Of a DNA stretch of 64,000 nt, positions 26,863 through 40,611 are shown in pieces; the first letter of the stretch is position 1, and the number at the start of each line of letters is the position of its first letter. The stretch is from NCBI GenBank assembly GCA_043228905.1, contig JBHGNT010000017.1:9858001-9922000 (forward strand). Reading direction: 5' to 3'. This DNA is from Azolla caroliniana (Eukaryota; Plantae; Polypodiophyta). Under the pieces are notes generated by a model. It saw nothing but the letters and a program-made list of their open reading frames with translations. It searched no databases and had not been told where the DNA came from. The translations under genes and the position numbers were made by a program.

Positions 26863-29800
26863 CTTAGCAAGGTGGATGGCACTTTGACTGTCGCAGTAGA
26901 GCTGGTATTCATCTTGCCTGATACTCAGCTCTCCGATGAAGTCCTTCATCCATAATATTTCCTTGTCGGCTTCCATAGCCGCCATGTACTCCGCCTCCGT
27001 GGTTGACAACGCAACCGTCTTCTGCAGCTTTGATTGCCATGAAGCAGCTCCCCCTGCATATGTCATTACATACCCGGATGTGGACCGGCACGTATCCACA
27101 TCAGCCGACATGTCCGAATCGGTAAAACCGTCAAGTTGAGGTTTTCCGGAGCTGAATCGGAGACACATATTCGAAGTGCCCTTCAAGTACCGGAGTATCC
27201 ATTTGACTGCGTTCTAGTGCTCCTTGCCTGGATTGCTCATAAACCGGCTCACCACTCCGACTGCGTATCCTATATCTGGTCGGGTACACACCATTGCGTA
27301 CATTAAGCTCCCGATGGCAGAGGCATATGGAACCTTCATCATATCAGCCTTCTCTGCTTTCGTCTTCGAGCTTTGCTTTCCGGATAACTTGCAGTTTGTC
27401 GGAAGTGTCGATCCAACCGGTTTTGCATCTAACATGTTGAACCGCTGAAGCACCTTTGTCACGTACTTCTCCTATGACAGCCACAATTGCTTCATTGACC
27501 GGTTCCAGATAATATGCATCCCCAACATCTGTCTTGCCGGACCCAAGTCTTTCATTGAGAAGGTCCGGTTGAGAGCCTTCTTCAGCATCCATACTCTGGC
27601 TTGGTTCCGTCCGATGATGAACATGTCATCCACGTACAGAAGGAGTATCAAGAAGTCGCCTCCTTCAAACTTCTTCACAAACACGCAGTGATCGGCCTGC
27701 GTCTTGTGGTACCCTTGATTGGTTATGAAGGAGTCAAACTTCAGGTACCATTGTCGGGGAGCTTGCTTCAGTCCGTACATGCTCTTCTTCAACCGGCAAA
27801 CCAGGTGCTCCTTCCCTTTCTCCTCGAATCCTTCCGGTTTCTACATGTAGATCTCCTCTTCGAGGTCACCGTTAAGGAATGTCGTCTTCACGTCCAGCTG
27901 CTCTACCTCGAGGTCCATGCTTGCCGCTATACTCAGCACTGTCCGGATAGAGGTCATCTTTACTACCGGGGAAAATATCTCGTCGAAGTCCACGCCCTTC
28001 TTCTGCTGGAACCCCTTCACCACGATCCTGGCTTTGTATCTCAGGGGGTTGCCGGCATCTCCCGGTTTCATCTTGTACACCCACTTGTTTCGGAGTGCCC
28101 GCTTTCCTTTCGGCAACTCCACCAATTTGTACATATGGTTCTCATGCAGGGAATCCATCTCATCCTGCATGGCACTTAACCATTTGCGGATGTGGGTGTC
28201 ATCCTTCGCTTCTTGGAATCTTTCTGGCTCCCCCTCATCGGTTAGCAGCACATGCTCTGCATCCGGAAATCTTCGAGGGGGTCTTCTCTCTCTAAGAGGA
28301 TATCTCCGTCTTTGGGCTTCGGTAACCGGCTCCTCCATTTGCTCTTCATCCGAATCCGATTCGGGGTTTTGGCCGGTTCCGGTTTCAGCTTCCTCTCCTT
28401 CTTCTTCTGCCGGTTCGGTATCCTCACCGTAACCGGCTGGTTCCTCGAGTGCTAACCGGTCTCTTGTCAGTTGGGTCTCCTCATCGTAGAATCGATCCTT
28501 ACCGGTCGACTCGGAGTTCATTATCTTCTTCTCCGACTCCCAGTCGGCGAGCATCTTGTCCTCCATGAAGATAATATCTCGACTCCGGCATACCTTCTTG
28601 TCGATCGGGTCCCACACTCGGTAGCCGAACTCATCATCGCCGTAACCGAGGAATATGCATGGCCGGGTCTTCGGATCTAGTTTTCCTCTCCGGTCCTTAG
28701 CTACATGCACATACGCAAGACACCCGAATAACTTCAGATGCCGGTAGGACACTTCCTTACCGGTCCAGACTCTCTGTGGCGTGTCTCCGTCCAACCGTAC
28801 TGAGGGTGATCTGTTTATCACATATGTCGCCGTCGATAGTGCCTCAGCCCAAAACTTCTTGGGTAGTTTTGCATGCGCCAACATACTCTGGACCCTCTCC
28901 ATTATGGTTCGGTTCATCCTCTCGGCCAGCCCGTTTAGTTCCGGCGTCTTCGAGACGGTAAATTCGAGCCGGATTCCCTTCGAGCAACAATACTCCTCGA
29001 ACTGCCCTCGGTATTCTCCTCCGTTATCTGCTCGAACCACCTTCAACTTCCAGCCGGTTTCTCTTTCCACTCTCGCGTGGAGCTCTTTGAAGACGGATAG
29101 CACCTGAGCCTTCGTCTTCAATGGTGTGGCCCACAGCTTCCGGTTGTGGTCATCTATGAACGTTACGAAGTACTGCGATCCTACATGTGACTTCTGTCCA
29201 CTTGACACACATTAGTATGCACCAGCTCCAGTGGTGCATTTCGTCTCGTCGGTGGCCTTGTTTGGAAGGAGGTCTGGTTTTGCTTACCAGCCAGACAATC
29301 AATGCACTTCTCCAAGTGCACGTTCTTCACTGGAATGAGGTTGTCGTCTGCAAGCCTCTTCATCCCCTTCTCGCTCATGTGACATAACCTTTTGTGCCAT
29401 AGCTCACCGGCAGTGTCGGATGCCACGTTCACTTCCTCCGGGCATAACCGAACATTCATCAGGTACAACGTGTTGATCTTCCGGGCCCGAGCCACAATCA
29501 GGCTCCCTTTGTTGAACTTCATAACACTGTTCCGGATGCTAGCCGTGTAGCCTTCATCATCTAGCTGACCTCGAGCTTTCTATCTTCGCCATAGGCGGTG
29601 GTTGCAACAAAGGCAACGACCTCTTCCTCTCTCTCACTCTCTCTGCACACAGTTGCGCGCTATAATCTTACGCAAACAAGAATGACAACAACTACACGAA
29701 AAGGTTTGCCCTAAGTCATATTTATACTAATATGACTTTTCGGCTATTTACAAATATAGCCACGATGGACTCTCAGAAACATATTTACGAATATGTCTCT

Positions 29801-32800
29801 TTATCCGGTGAGCACTCCTCACCGAGCTTGCATCATCCGGCGATTGCCGGGTACTCGTCATCCGGTTCTCACCGGGTCTGCACCATCCGGCTCTCCGTAG
29901 CCGGGTACTCTTCATCCGGTTCTCACCGGGTCTGCACCATCCGGCTCTCCGTAGCCGGGTACTCGTCAGCCGGTTCTCACCGAGTCTACACCATCCGGCT
30001 CTCCATAGTCGAGTACTCTTCATCCGGTTCTCACCGGGTTTGCACCATCCGGCTCTCCGTAGCCAGGTACTCCTCATCCGGTTCTCACCGGGTCTGCACC
30101 ATCCGGCTAAGCAGTCAACACACTTCTCCACGTGCACTCCCTTGACTTCTGGTAGAAGTTTTTGGTCTGCTAACAGGTGCATTCCTTCTCACTCATGTGG
30201 CCTAGCCTCTTATGCCATATCTCCCCTATCGAGTCGGCTGCCATACTTATTTCCAATTTGCACAGTCGGGCATGCATCATGTACAATGTGCCTTCTTACT
30301 GTGCTTGAGCCACTATGAGATTTCCACTTGCCATTCCGAAAGTTACCACTGTAGCCTTTGTTGTCAAGCCTTCCAGTCAGAATCAGATTCAATCTGATAT
30401 CGGGGACGTGTCGAACATCCTTCAACGTTAGTCGACACCCTGTCGACGTTGTTAAGCATACACTTCCGACTCCGGTTATCTTGCACTCTCCACTATCACC
30501 CACCTTTACATAGCCATGATCCTCGGCTATGTAAGTCGAAAAATACACTCTCGATGGAATAATATGGAAAGATGCGCCAGAGTCGATCCCCCAAGTGCAT
30601 TCTTCACTTGCAAGATTTGCACTTGTCTGCTCACAAATGAACGACATTTCTTCATTACTCGTAGAAATGGCCGAAGTGTTCTTTTCATCCGGAATCTTTT
30701 GGGGTTCGACATTGTTTCCGACACTCTTGTCTTTTCTCATGTGTCGGCAGTCCTTCTGGAAGTGTCCAGGTTTTCCACAATAAAAGCACACAAATGTACC
30801 CCTGGACTTCGATCTGGCGTGGGATTTGTCCGTTCGTTGCGGACTTCTTCTTCGCCGGTCCCTTCCTCTGTCCATATGTTGAGTCAGATTCGACTCAGTT
30901 TGGGACAGGACTCCTTTATCTTTCCTCCTTGCCTCCTCGTTTAGGATGCTTGTCTTCACTGTTTGTAAAGACGAGTTCTCTTCTTAACAGGAGGTGCTTA
31001 GTGTAACCACCAGGTTCTCTCAGCTTTCCGGCAGCGTACACATCAGTAGGATGGCCTGCATTGCATCATCCAAGGGAAACTTGGATGTTGCAAGTTGATT
31101 TACATACCCCATGAACGTGTTGATGTGTTCGACAATGCTCTCACCGTCTCTGTATTTCAGCCGTATGATTTTTCTCATTAGCGAGGTTCTGTTTAGCGCA
31201 TTCTTCCTCTCGTACAGACCCGATAGCTTCTGCCACATCTCGTGGGCATTCGTGTCGTTCGCCACATGTTGAAGAACACTTACATTGACACATTGTCGGA
31301 TTGTGGCCATCGTCTTCCTATTCAGAAGCTTCTATTCGGACTCCATTACCCCCCTGGGTATTTCTTCTTTGTCGACTGGCTCGTACAAGTCTTTAACTAT
31401 GAGAAGGTCTTCCATCTTTACCTTCCAGTCTGCATAGTTTTGTGAGTTCAGAACTATCATACCTGGGAAACCGCTAACACCTTCTTCCATGCTTGCATCT
31501 CAAGCTTTCATACCAGTTTGTTGAGAAATCCATGCGGAATAGATCACAATAAACAAACTACACGCTGAAATATGAATTAAAGAAAAATGGCAGAAAGATA
31601 AGATAAACAAAAAAATACACAGAGATTTACGTGGAAACCCTAAAACGGGGAAAAACCACGGGAATAGATTCTTCACTATACAAATAGTGGATATACAATA
31701 GCAAGAAGATTACAACACTCTCTCACGAGTGCATCAGCTGCAGAGGGCTCTTCACGTCTGTTGTTACACACACAGCTATGGCGCGACTCTCCCTTCTCTC
31801 CCACTCTCTGTCCCACTCTCTCACGTTCAACAACTTCTGTTTTTACTCTGTTCTGCACTCTCTAAAGCTTGCCCTAGTTGCATATATTCTTATGCAACTT
31901 TCCGGTTATTTACATACGTAGCCCTCATGGGGCGCACACTTAGACTACTTACAAACATACTCTCCTGAGTTGGCTATTTACACGATTCCAGTTTCGGCCT
32001 CGGCCAGTTCCTCATCAACTCGGCTCCTGTTTTCCGACTCTTTGAAGGATAGTCCCAGTGTGTCGAGTCGGGTGCCACATCGTTTGCTCCTTCGACATAA
32101 CTCCAGTAGCCATGGCCGAGCAGGTACTGGTGCATCGTGTAAGACCAAGATGTAAGACCAAGATGCATAGTTGCTTCTGTCAAGCTTTTCAGTCCGAAGT
32201 GAGCTTCTCATTCCTCTGTCCATAGTACTGTCTTTTTCTTTTTCAAAAAAGAATGAAGAACAACTTCAACTTTGTTTTGTCGCAAGCTTTTCTTGTCGGC
32301 TGCAGAGGACTTCAACCCTTGCGCTCTGATACCATGTGAAAGAATACGTTGTGCAGAAGCGTGTGCGTAAACGCAGAGTACACAGTTCGGAAACAAGGCA
32401 ATTCGGTAAACTCAGAAAACGCAGAGATGGAGATGGAGAGGGAGAGACAGAGAGTGAGAGAGTGAGAGAGTAGACAACGTAAAACTCAAATTCAAAATAA
32501 TGACTCTCTGTTGTGTACATACTTCGTGCTCGGTGAGCACCTTATATACAAGCCCTGACAATCAAGCTGACACAAGTACTGATAGTACTTGACTGCTCAT
32601 GAATGAGCCTCGACACTCACTCCCAAAATTATTCTTTACGAGGAATATCTCTCTAACGGCCTTTCGGTTTACACACCGATACGGCCAGATTGTGCGTACC
32701 AACTTACGCATCCAGTCTACGCACAGGGTTACACGCCATATTACGCACCCAATGTTGATCTTGTCACTCAACAATAATTGAGCAAATTCTATATGGGTTG

Positions 32801-32929
32801 ATGAACACGTGACACTAGTGTAACAAGTTTCTATATATTGCATAAATTTGCCCAATTGTGAAAGGAATCTAAAAGTGGAATACACGATCCTTCCACTTTT
32901 GAACGGGAACGTGTTCCGAAATTATCGAC

Positions 32930-33175
32930 TCCTAAGCCTTTCGTGAAGATGATAGTGCAAGTCAACATCTCTAGCCTGGATGCGTTGTCGAATGAAGTCA
33001 TAGTGCACTTCAATATGCTTTGTGCGCGTGTGGAACACCGGGTTCCAAGCTAGATGAATATTGCTTACGTTGTCGTAGTAAAGGAAAATAAGATCCTTGA
33101 TGGGAACGCCAGATCCTTCATTATGCGCTTTAGCCACATGGCTTCACATGCTGCGACAACCGCACCCCTATATTC
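32930..33175 (-). pseudogene. Copia RNase H end (element F, part 3; inverted)
   Basis: EYRGAVVAACEAMWLKRIMKD...NPVFHTRTKHIEVHY directly continues TEDEY at 18712. Confidence 0.88.
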
Positions 33176-35932
33176 TATTGGGAATATGTCTCTCTAGTGG
33201 GAGGATGATCCGACTGTTTGGAAAGCCGATCCGGCATGGGAACAAGCGGCAAGCAGAGTGTTGTACTGCTTCGCGTCCTGTGTGAGCGATCAACTTCTGA
33301 GCTATATTCTGAATGCCAAGACGCCGAACGACATGTGGGCGAATCTCAAAAGGATTTTCGCCGCCAACACAACAGCTAGAAAGCTGCACCTCAGACAAGA
33401 GCTCAGCAATGTACGACAAAGAGATATGTCGTTGGCTAATTACACCACCAAGATCAAAGAAATTTGCGACTCTCTTGCCTCCATCAACATGAACATCGAG
33501 GAAGATGAAATGGTGTAGGTTTGTCTTGGTGTCTTGGCATCAAAGTTCGGACCTTTCCGAATGGCAGTCTGCACGAGCGAGAATACGCCTTCGTTTTTCG
33601 ACCTTTAGTCAATGTTGCTCGTAGAAGAAAACCACGCGGGTGCGTTGACGAGTGCGCACGCCAATGGGAAGATGCTCTACACGGAGAATGATGGGCCCCA
33701 TGGTCGTGGTGAACGAGGCGGATAGGCGTGCAATCGAGGCGGCCGAAAAGAGCAGAATGTACGGCATAATCGAGATGTCGGAAGCAATTCTAAACCCTCC
33801 GCATGCAGGGGGGTCATGGCGCCGCCAGAAGATGGCAAGAAAAGACCACACCGGATTGATGGTACTGTGGCAAGAAAGGCCACAAGGAGAGCGAGTGCTG
33901 GAAGAAACAAGCCGATTCAGACAAAGCTAGATCGAGCGGAAGAGGTGCAGGAAGGTGTCAGAAGTTGCACTTTGCGGAAGGCTCGGAATGAGCCGGAGAT
34001 GGAGCGGGCCCTGCCTTCGTAATGAAGCATAAGGCCAACTCAATGGCTGTCAACACCTCAAAATCAAGCGAGGTGTGGTATGTCGATTCCGGAGCGTCAA
34101 ATCATATGACGAGTCACGAGGAATGGTTCTCGTACTTGGAGAAGCCGGAATCACGAGGGGTTGTTGAAACGAGAGATGACACCCCGCATACCATCGAACA
34201 TGTCGGTGAAGTTCCCCTCAGCCATGTCGGGTAGAAAGGGAAGCTTCTGAACGTGTTGCACGTCCCAACAATAATGAAGAACTTGGTGTCGGTCGGTCAG
34301 ATCGTCGACCAAGGTATGCAAGTTCGATTCACGCACCTCGACTGCTTCATAGAAGAGGAAGGCAAAGTAATCACACAAGGGCGTCGTGAAGGGAGGATGT
34401 TCATCCTCGACACTAATCAAGCCGGAACTGCGTTGTATGCAAATCCAATATCGACTTGTGGCACAAGCAATTCGGCCATGTGAATTTCCCACGGCTTCGT
34501 GAACTGCAGACGAAGAACATTGTTTTCGGGTTGCCGAAATTTCGTAACCGGAATGGCCAAGTCTGCGAAGCCTATCAAATGGGAAAACAACACCGACTTC
34601 CATTCCCCGATGAGCGTAATCATAGTCAAAGTTCATTGGATTTGATCCATTCGAATGTGTAGGGTCCGGCACAGAACTTGAGTCTCAGTGGAAGCCGTTA
34701 ATTTGTAACCTTCATCGATGACTTCACTCGACACACATGGGCATGCATGATTGAGAAGAAGAGCGAAGTCTTCGCACATTTCTTGAAGGTGAAGAGCCTT
34801 GCGGAAAGGGAAACGGGGCGCGAGATCAAATGCCTACGGTCCAATGTTGGGAAGGAGTACTTCTCTAACTAGTTCACAAGTTACCTACAGAACGAGGGAA
34901 TTCGACGTGAATTCTCGTGTAAATACACGTCGTAGCAGAAGTGGCTAGGGCAATGCTTGAAGAGAAGAATATGCCGAAATTCTATTGGGCTAAAGCCGTG
35001 AAGACGGTTGTCTACCTGCAAAATCGAACTTCTGCTCATGGAGGAGTGTCGCCACATGAGTTGTATTTTGGGAAGAAGCCGAACTTGGCACACTTGAGGA
35101 TTTTTGGCAGCATCACGTATGTGCATGTGGTGGAGGAAAAAAGGAGGTAACTGGATGCTAAAGCTTAGAAATGTATCTTGGTCGGCTATTCAGATGAGCA
35201 GAAAGGGTATAAGTGTTATGACCCTTGAACAAAGGAAGTACGCGTAAGCTGTGACGTCATGTTCAACGAGTCTGCTTCGTGGTACTTGCCTTCACCTCCA
35301 GTACCTCGAGACTCCATTCCGATTTCTGAAGAAGAGATCAACGAGACTGAAATGCCTCTGCATTATGAGGATGTCGGAGCTCTAAGAGAGAGTCCGATCT
35401 CATTTCGACAAAGCGGGCCGAATGAGGAGTTGGGCCGAGATGGCCAACCAGATGATGAGATGGCGAGTAGTGGAGACTCAGCCGTGCATTCCCCGCGCAG
35501 GAAGCCGAGGAGATGACTTAAGTGCAAGGAAAAAGGCAAGAAGAAAATGCCGAAATATGACTTCGGCAACGCCAAGTCAGATCAGAGTCTAAGTACGGGC
35601 AAACTGAAAAGGAACCTCCACGGAAGAGGTCGACGGTAGTCGAAAAGGTCGTGAAATCGGGTAATCACGAATTACGCGATCTACCCACCTCAAGAACCCC
35701 GTAAAGAGATACGGGTATAATGAGTACATGGCACACCATTATGCGTAAATGACGCGAGTGGCGAAAGTACGTGAGCCGAAGAGCTACGCAGAAGCAACAC
35801 GAAAGACACGAACTGGCGTGCCGCCATGGAGGAAGAGATGTGCGCATTGACGGAGAATGAAACCTGGGACCTAGTTGATGCACCACAGGGTGTGAAGCCG
35901 ATTGGATGTAGGTGGGTGTACAAGGTCAAGTA

Positions 35933-36722
35933 TCTTGACGGGAACTCCTAGCTCCTTATGCGCAACGCTCAGCCACAACCGAGATACTATTCATACACAG
36001 AAGACGGGAAATAGAACACGATACAAAAGGAAAAGAAGATACACACAGACTACACAGGAGGTTTACGTGGAAAAACCCCAAACTAGGGGAAAAAACCACG
36101 GCAGCCCACAGGCTGCAAACTGTCACTATGTATGAATGTACAGGAAACAGTGAGTTCTCGGAGGCAACGACCTCGGACTCACGCTCTTCGCCACAGGCGG
36201 CGGTTACAACAGAGGTAACGACCTCTTTCTCTCTCTCTCTCTCTGTTCACTATTACATGCACTCTCTTCTTCTTGCACCAACAAGAAAAGTAACAACCAC
36301 CATATTAGTTTGCCCTAAGTCATATTTATACTAATATGACTTTTCGGCTATTTACAAGTATAGCCACGATGGCCTCTCAGAAACATATTTACGAATATGT
36401 CTCTTCCTCCGGTTCATACCGGGTCTGCACCATTCGGCTCTCCGTAGCCGGGTACTCCTCATCCGGTTCACACCGGGCCTGCACCATCCGGCTCTCCGTA
36501 GCCGGGTACTACTCATCCGGTTCACACCGGGCCTGCACCATCCGGCTCTCCGTAGCCGGGTACTACTCATCCGGTTCACACCGGGCCTGTATCATCTGGC
36601 TCTCCGTAGCCGGGTACTCATCCGGTTCACACCGGGCCTGTTTCATCCGGCTCTCCGTAGCCGAGTTTGTTCATCGGCACTGTTCTTCTCCCTTCCCATC
36701 CGGAGGGACCTGTCTCCCAACA
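35933..36722 (-). mobile_element. Solo LTR related to the H family, inserted in the RT of element E
   Basis: TSD AAGTA at 35928-35932 and 36723-36727; ends CCCAACA; carries the 54-bp repeats; host frame YKVKY|NTDG rejoins across it. Confidence 0.9.
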
Positions 36723-39369
36723 AAGTACAACACCGACGGCGCGGTCAACCGATACAAAACCAGGTTGGTAGCGAAACACTACGCGCAAAAGAACGGCGTG
36801 GACTATGACGAGACCTTCGCGCCTGTCACAAAGATGACTACCGTGCGAGTTTTGCTAGCCGTAGTAGCGGCAAAGGGGTTGCACTTACATCAAATGGATG
36901 TAAAGAAAGCATTCCTGCAAAGTGATCTTGAGGAGCAGGTGTACATGGTACAGCCCCCCGGATTTCTATCCTAACAAAACACCTCGATAGTTTGCCAATT
37001 GAAGAAATCCTTATACGGACTGAAGCAAGTCCCACGAACTTGGAACGCAAAGATTACGCAACAGTTGTGTAGGATGGGGTTTGCGTCGTCGAAATCAGAC
37101 TCTTCTCTATTTGTTCGGCAAGGTCAATATGGACCGGTCAACTTGCTCTTGTATGTTGATGATTTAGTCATCGCCTGTGCTGACTTTGACAAAATCCGCC
37201 ACGTGAAGTGTCTACTTGCGGCATCGTTTGAAATGAAGGATCTCAAAGACCTTCATTACTTCCTCCAGATCGAAGTGATCCGTACCTCCGAAGGCATATT
37301 GATCAGCCAACGTCATTACGCGCTAAATATGCTCTTCAAGTTCGGGATGGCAAACTGTAAGCCCATCTCGACCCCTCTAGATAGAAACGTAAAGCTTCGC
37401 CAAGATTCGAGAAAGGCGTGCGACCCAACACGGTTCGGTCGGACCTCAGTTACCCGGTTGGCATGATCAGTCAATTCATGTCACAGTGTACGACCGAACA
37501 CTTCTAGTGCGCGCAACGGATATTGCGATATGTAAGCAACACGAAAGACATGGTGTTGCTATATCGAGTAGGCGTAGCTGACCAATTAGTAGGCTACACG
37601 GATGCCGATTGGGCCGGAAACGCCCACGATCGTTGATCCACATCTAGATACACATTCTCATTAGGGAGTGCGGCGATTGCGTGGAGCAGCAAAAAGTAGC
37701 TGACAGTAGCACTGTCGAGCATGGAGGACGAATATCGAGGGGCGACTGTCGCTACATGTGAAGTCATTTAGTTAAAACGGTTATTATGGGATCTGCATGT
37801 GGAGGTGTCTGATCCAACGACGATCTTGAGGGGGAGTGTTGAGTGACAAGCTCAACATTAGGTGCGTAATATGGCGCGTAACCCAGTGCGTAGACTGGAC
37901 GCGTAAGTTAGTACGCACAATCTGGCCGTATCGGTGTGTAAACCGAAAGGCCATCAAAGAGATATTCCTCGTAAGGAATAATTTTGGGAGTGAGTGTCGA
38001 GGCTCATTTATGAGCAGTCAAGTACTGTCAGTACTTGTGTGAGCCCAATTGTCAGGGCTTGTATATAAGGTGCTCACCGAGCACGAAGTATGTACACAAC
38101 AGAGAGTCATTATTTTGAATTTGAGTTTTACGTTGTCTGTTCTCTCACTCTCTCACTCTCTCACTCTCTATCTCTCCCTCTCCCTCTCCATCTCTGCATT
38201 TTCTGAGTTTACCGAACTGTCTTGTTTCCGAACTGTGTACTCTGCGTTTACGCACACGCTTCCGCACAACATATTCTTTCACAATTATTAATATTTAACA
38301 AGTTTCAAAGTAAAAAACAAGTATTTTTTGGACATTGTTAAAGTTTATGATCTCTAAATATGAAACGTATTTAAAACTATATCATATGACAATTCTTTAT
38401 TCAATTGACAACCGTTAAACTTTCGAACTATATGATGCAATTTACAAAGTTGGTTGACATGTTAAGAAAATCATGATCTTCAGACATAAAATTTAGTTAA
38501 ATTATAGACTATGAACATGGTCTACACAACAATTGATCTCCAAGTTTAACCATTGTATGGAGCTGTAGGGAGAAGAAATGGGAGTGATAGCTATAGTTAG
38601 TGACTATGTGTTATGCACTCTAATACTTACTGAATGTTGCCCGATATACACATCCATGAGACGAAATAGTTTCAAGGCCCATGCAAATGTCGTACCTATC
38701 ACAAAAATTATAAGATCATAGCTTCAATTAGACTACCAATAAGTATATACTTTTGTAGAGCAAAGTCTAAGAATATACTTTTGCAAGAAAACAAATCTAA
38801 AATCCAATCTCCTTCGTTAGAGAACGTTTCAATAAGGCGCATCATGAATCATTGGGGCTTCTGGTGAGGATTGACTAGGGCACGTTCAGTCGTCATGACA
38901 TGTCGCAATTTCCGCGTTAACTGCTGGGTACACTAACACATTTGAACCTCTGACCTCATTGAATGTTCCTTAATCCTTTGCTTCTTCATTTCATCATAAT
39001 AACCAACAGTTATGTATTTAATAGCATTGGGGTGAAAGCATGCCAATCGAAACAATTAGCTATGTCCTTGACATAGCTAATGAGCGATGCAAAAAGTTAC
39101 CATTGATAAATAGACATTTTTGCAAAAAGCTACCATTGATAAATTAGCTATGCAAAAAGCTACCATTGAAAATAGTAGAGAGTTTTAATTATATAAATGA
39201 GCACCATAAATGTGCAACATAAATTGATATGTGCACCATAAATGTGCACCATAATTTATATATCGAATTTCTAGGTCCATTATGCATGATCTTTGCCACA
39301 TCACGTGGGCCATCTTTGGTTGAGTATTCTGGCTTAGATTACTACCACTATTGCTAAACCCTATTGAGT

Positions 39370-40139
39370 CCACTCCTCCATTGCCGCCATTTTACACTCA
39401 GTTACCGGCACTGTGTGGTCTAAGTATCATCTGCCACTGTTCGATCCGATGGAATTCACTCCTCCATTGCCGCCATTCTACACTTAGTTGCCACCACTAT
39501 TCAGTCCAAGCATCATCTACCAAGTTCACTCCTCATTGCCGCCACTCTACACTCAGTTGTCACTACTGTGAAGGTCGTATATTGCTGCCACTTTTCGATC
39601 TGACGGACTTAACTCCTTCTCCACTGCCTCCATTCTACTCTTAGTTGCCATCACTGTGCATTCCAAGCATCATCTGCCATTGTTCGATCTGACGGAGTTC
39701 ACTCCTCCATTGCCACCATTCTACACTCAGTTGCCACCACTGTTCAGTCCAAGCATCATCTACCAAGTTCACTCCTCCATTGCCGCCACTCTACACTCAG
39801 TTGTCGCTATTGTGAAGGTCGTATATTGTTGCCACTTTTCGATCTGGCGGAGTTAACTCCTTCTCCATTGCCGCCATTCTACTCTTAGTTGCCATCACTA
39901 TGCGTTCCAAGCATTATCTGACGGAGTTCACTCCTCTATTGCCATCATTCTACACTCAATTGTCGCTACTATTCGGTGACCGGTCCTGGACTGTTGCCAC
40001 TTTTCGATTTGACGAAGTTAACTCATCCATTGCCATCATTCTACACTCAGTTGCCGCTACTATTCGGTGACCGGTCCTGGATTGCTGCCACTTTTCGATT
40101 TGATGGAGTTCACTCATCCATTGCCATCATTCTACACTT
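39370..40139. repeat. ~86-bp satellite, left half (split by Gypsy copy B)
   Basis: TCACTCCTCCATTGCCGCCATTCTACACTCAGTTG recurs at spacings of about 87/70/86 bp. Confidence 0.9.
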
Positions 40140-40564
40140 TGTTACCGGCCGGCAAGGAGTCCAAAATACGGAGGGAAGGAATTAATTAAGTATGGTTGTA
40201 AATAAGTAGAGTATGGACGGACGGACTGGAAACGGTATGCCGTTCCAGATCCGGACGAATCCCGAATAGGTGCGATAGGCACCGTTTTGTACTACGGGCC
40301 GGAAACCTATTTAAAGGCCCGGACCCCATTGTAATCGCAGCGGATAATTAATAGAGCATATGGTGTTTATACTTCTGTGTTGATTTCCGTTCTGTAATTA
40401 CTGTTATATCTTACGCGTGTAATTAACAAAAGCGCTCTAATCGTGTAACCTACGTAAGTCGGTGTAATCGTTGAGTCATAATCCTATGCCGTAATCACCC
40501 TTTGGTGAAGTGTCTCCGTGACACCTTGTGTTAGACCTTGTCCGGTCAGAGAATAACACAGTTT

Positions 40565-40574
40565 TGGCGACCAC
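40565..40574 (+). promoter_or_regulatory. Primer binding site, tRNA-Arg-like
   Basis: TGGCGACCAC, 6 nt after the LTR, is complementary to a ...GUGGUCGCCA tRNA 3' end (plant tRNA-Arg(UCG), recalled from memory). Confidence 0.7.
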
Positions 40575-40611
40575 GATTCCTGCTTTCTCGCAGCGAACGA
40601 CGGCTTAATGG

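Larger units (their letters stand above)
21924..30108 (-). mobile_element. Ty1/Copia element H nested in G; LTRs truncated, gag deleted
   Basis: LTR parts 21924-22632 and 29566-30108 are nearly identical where they overlap; pol at 26868-29565 (455-aa INT/RT ORF 27841-29208) and RNase H end at 22633-22818. Confidence 0.88.
18713..32045 (-). mobile_element. Ty1/Copia (Tnt1/Tork-like) element G containing nested insertions
   Basis: 3' LTR 18713-19296, PPT at ~19299-19310, pol 19307-21925, gag-protease 30115-31490 (CFYCGKPGHFQKDC, IDSGASFH), PBS 31504-31515, 5' LTR 31519-32045 with its terminus displaced to 33176-33230; TSD GAATA. Confidence 0.92.
32046..38283 (+). mobile_element. Ty1/Copia element E; its 5' end is inverted
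   Basis: 5' LTR 32335-32773 (-), PBS GCTCTGATACCA 32323-32334, gag start 32046-32223 (-); gag-pol continues 33231-37825 (+); PPT, then 3' LTR 37837-38283; TSD ATTAT. Confidence 0.92.
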
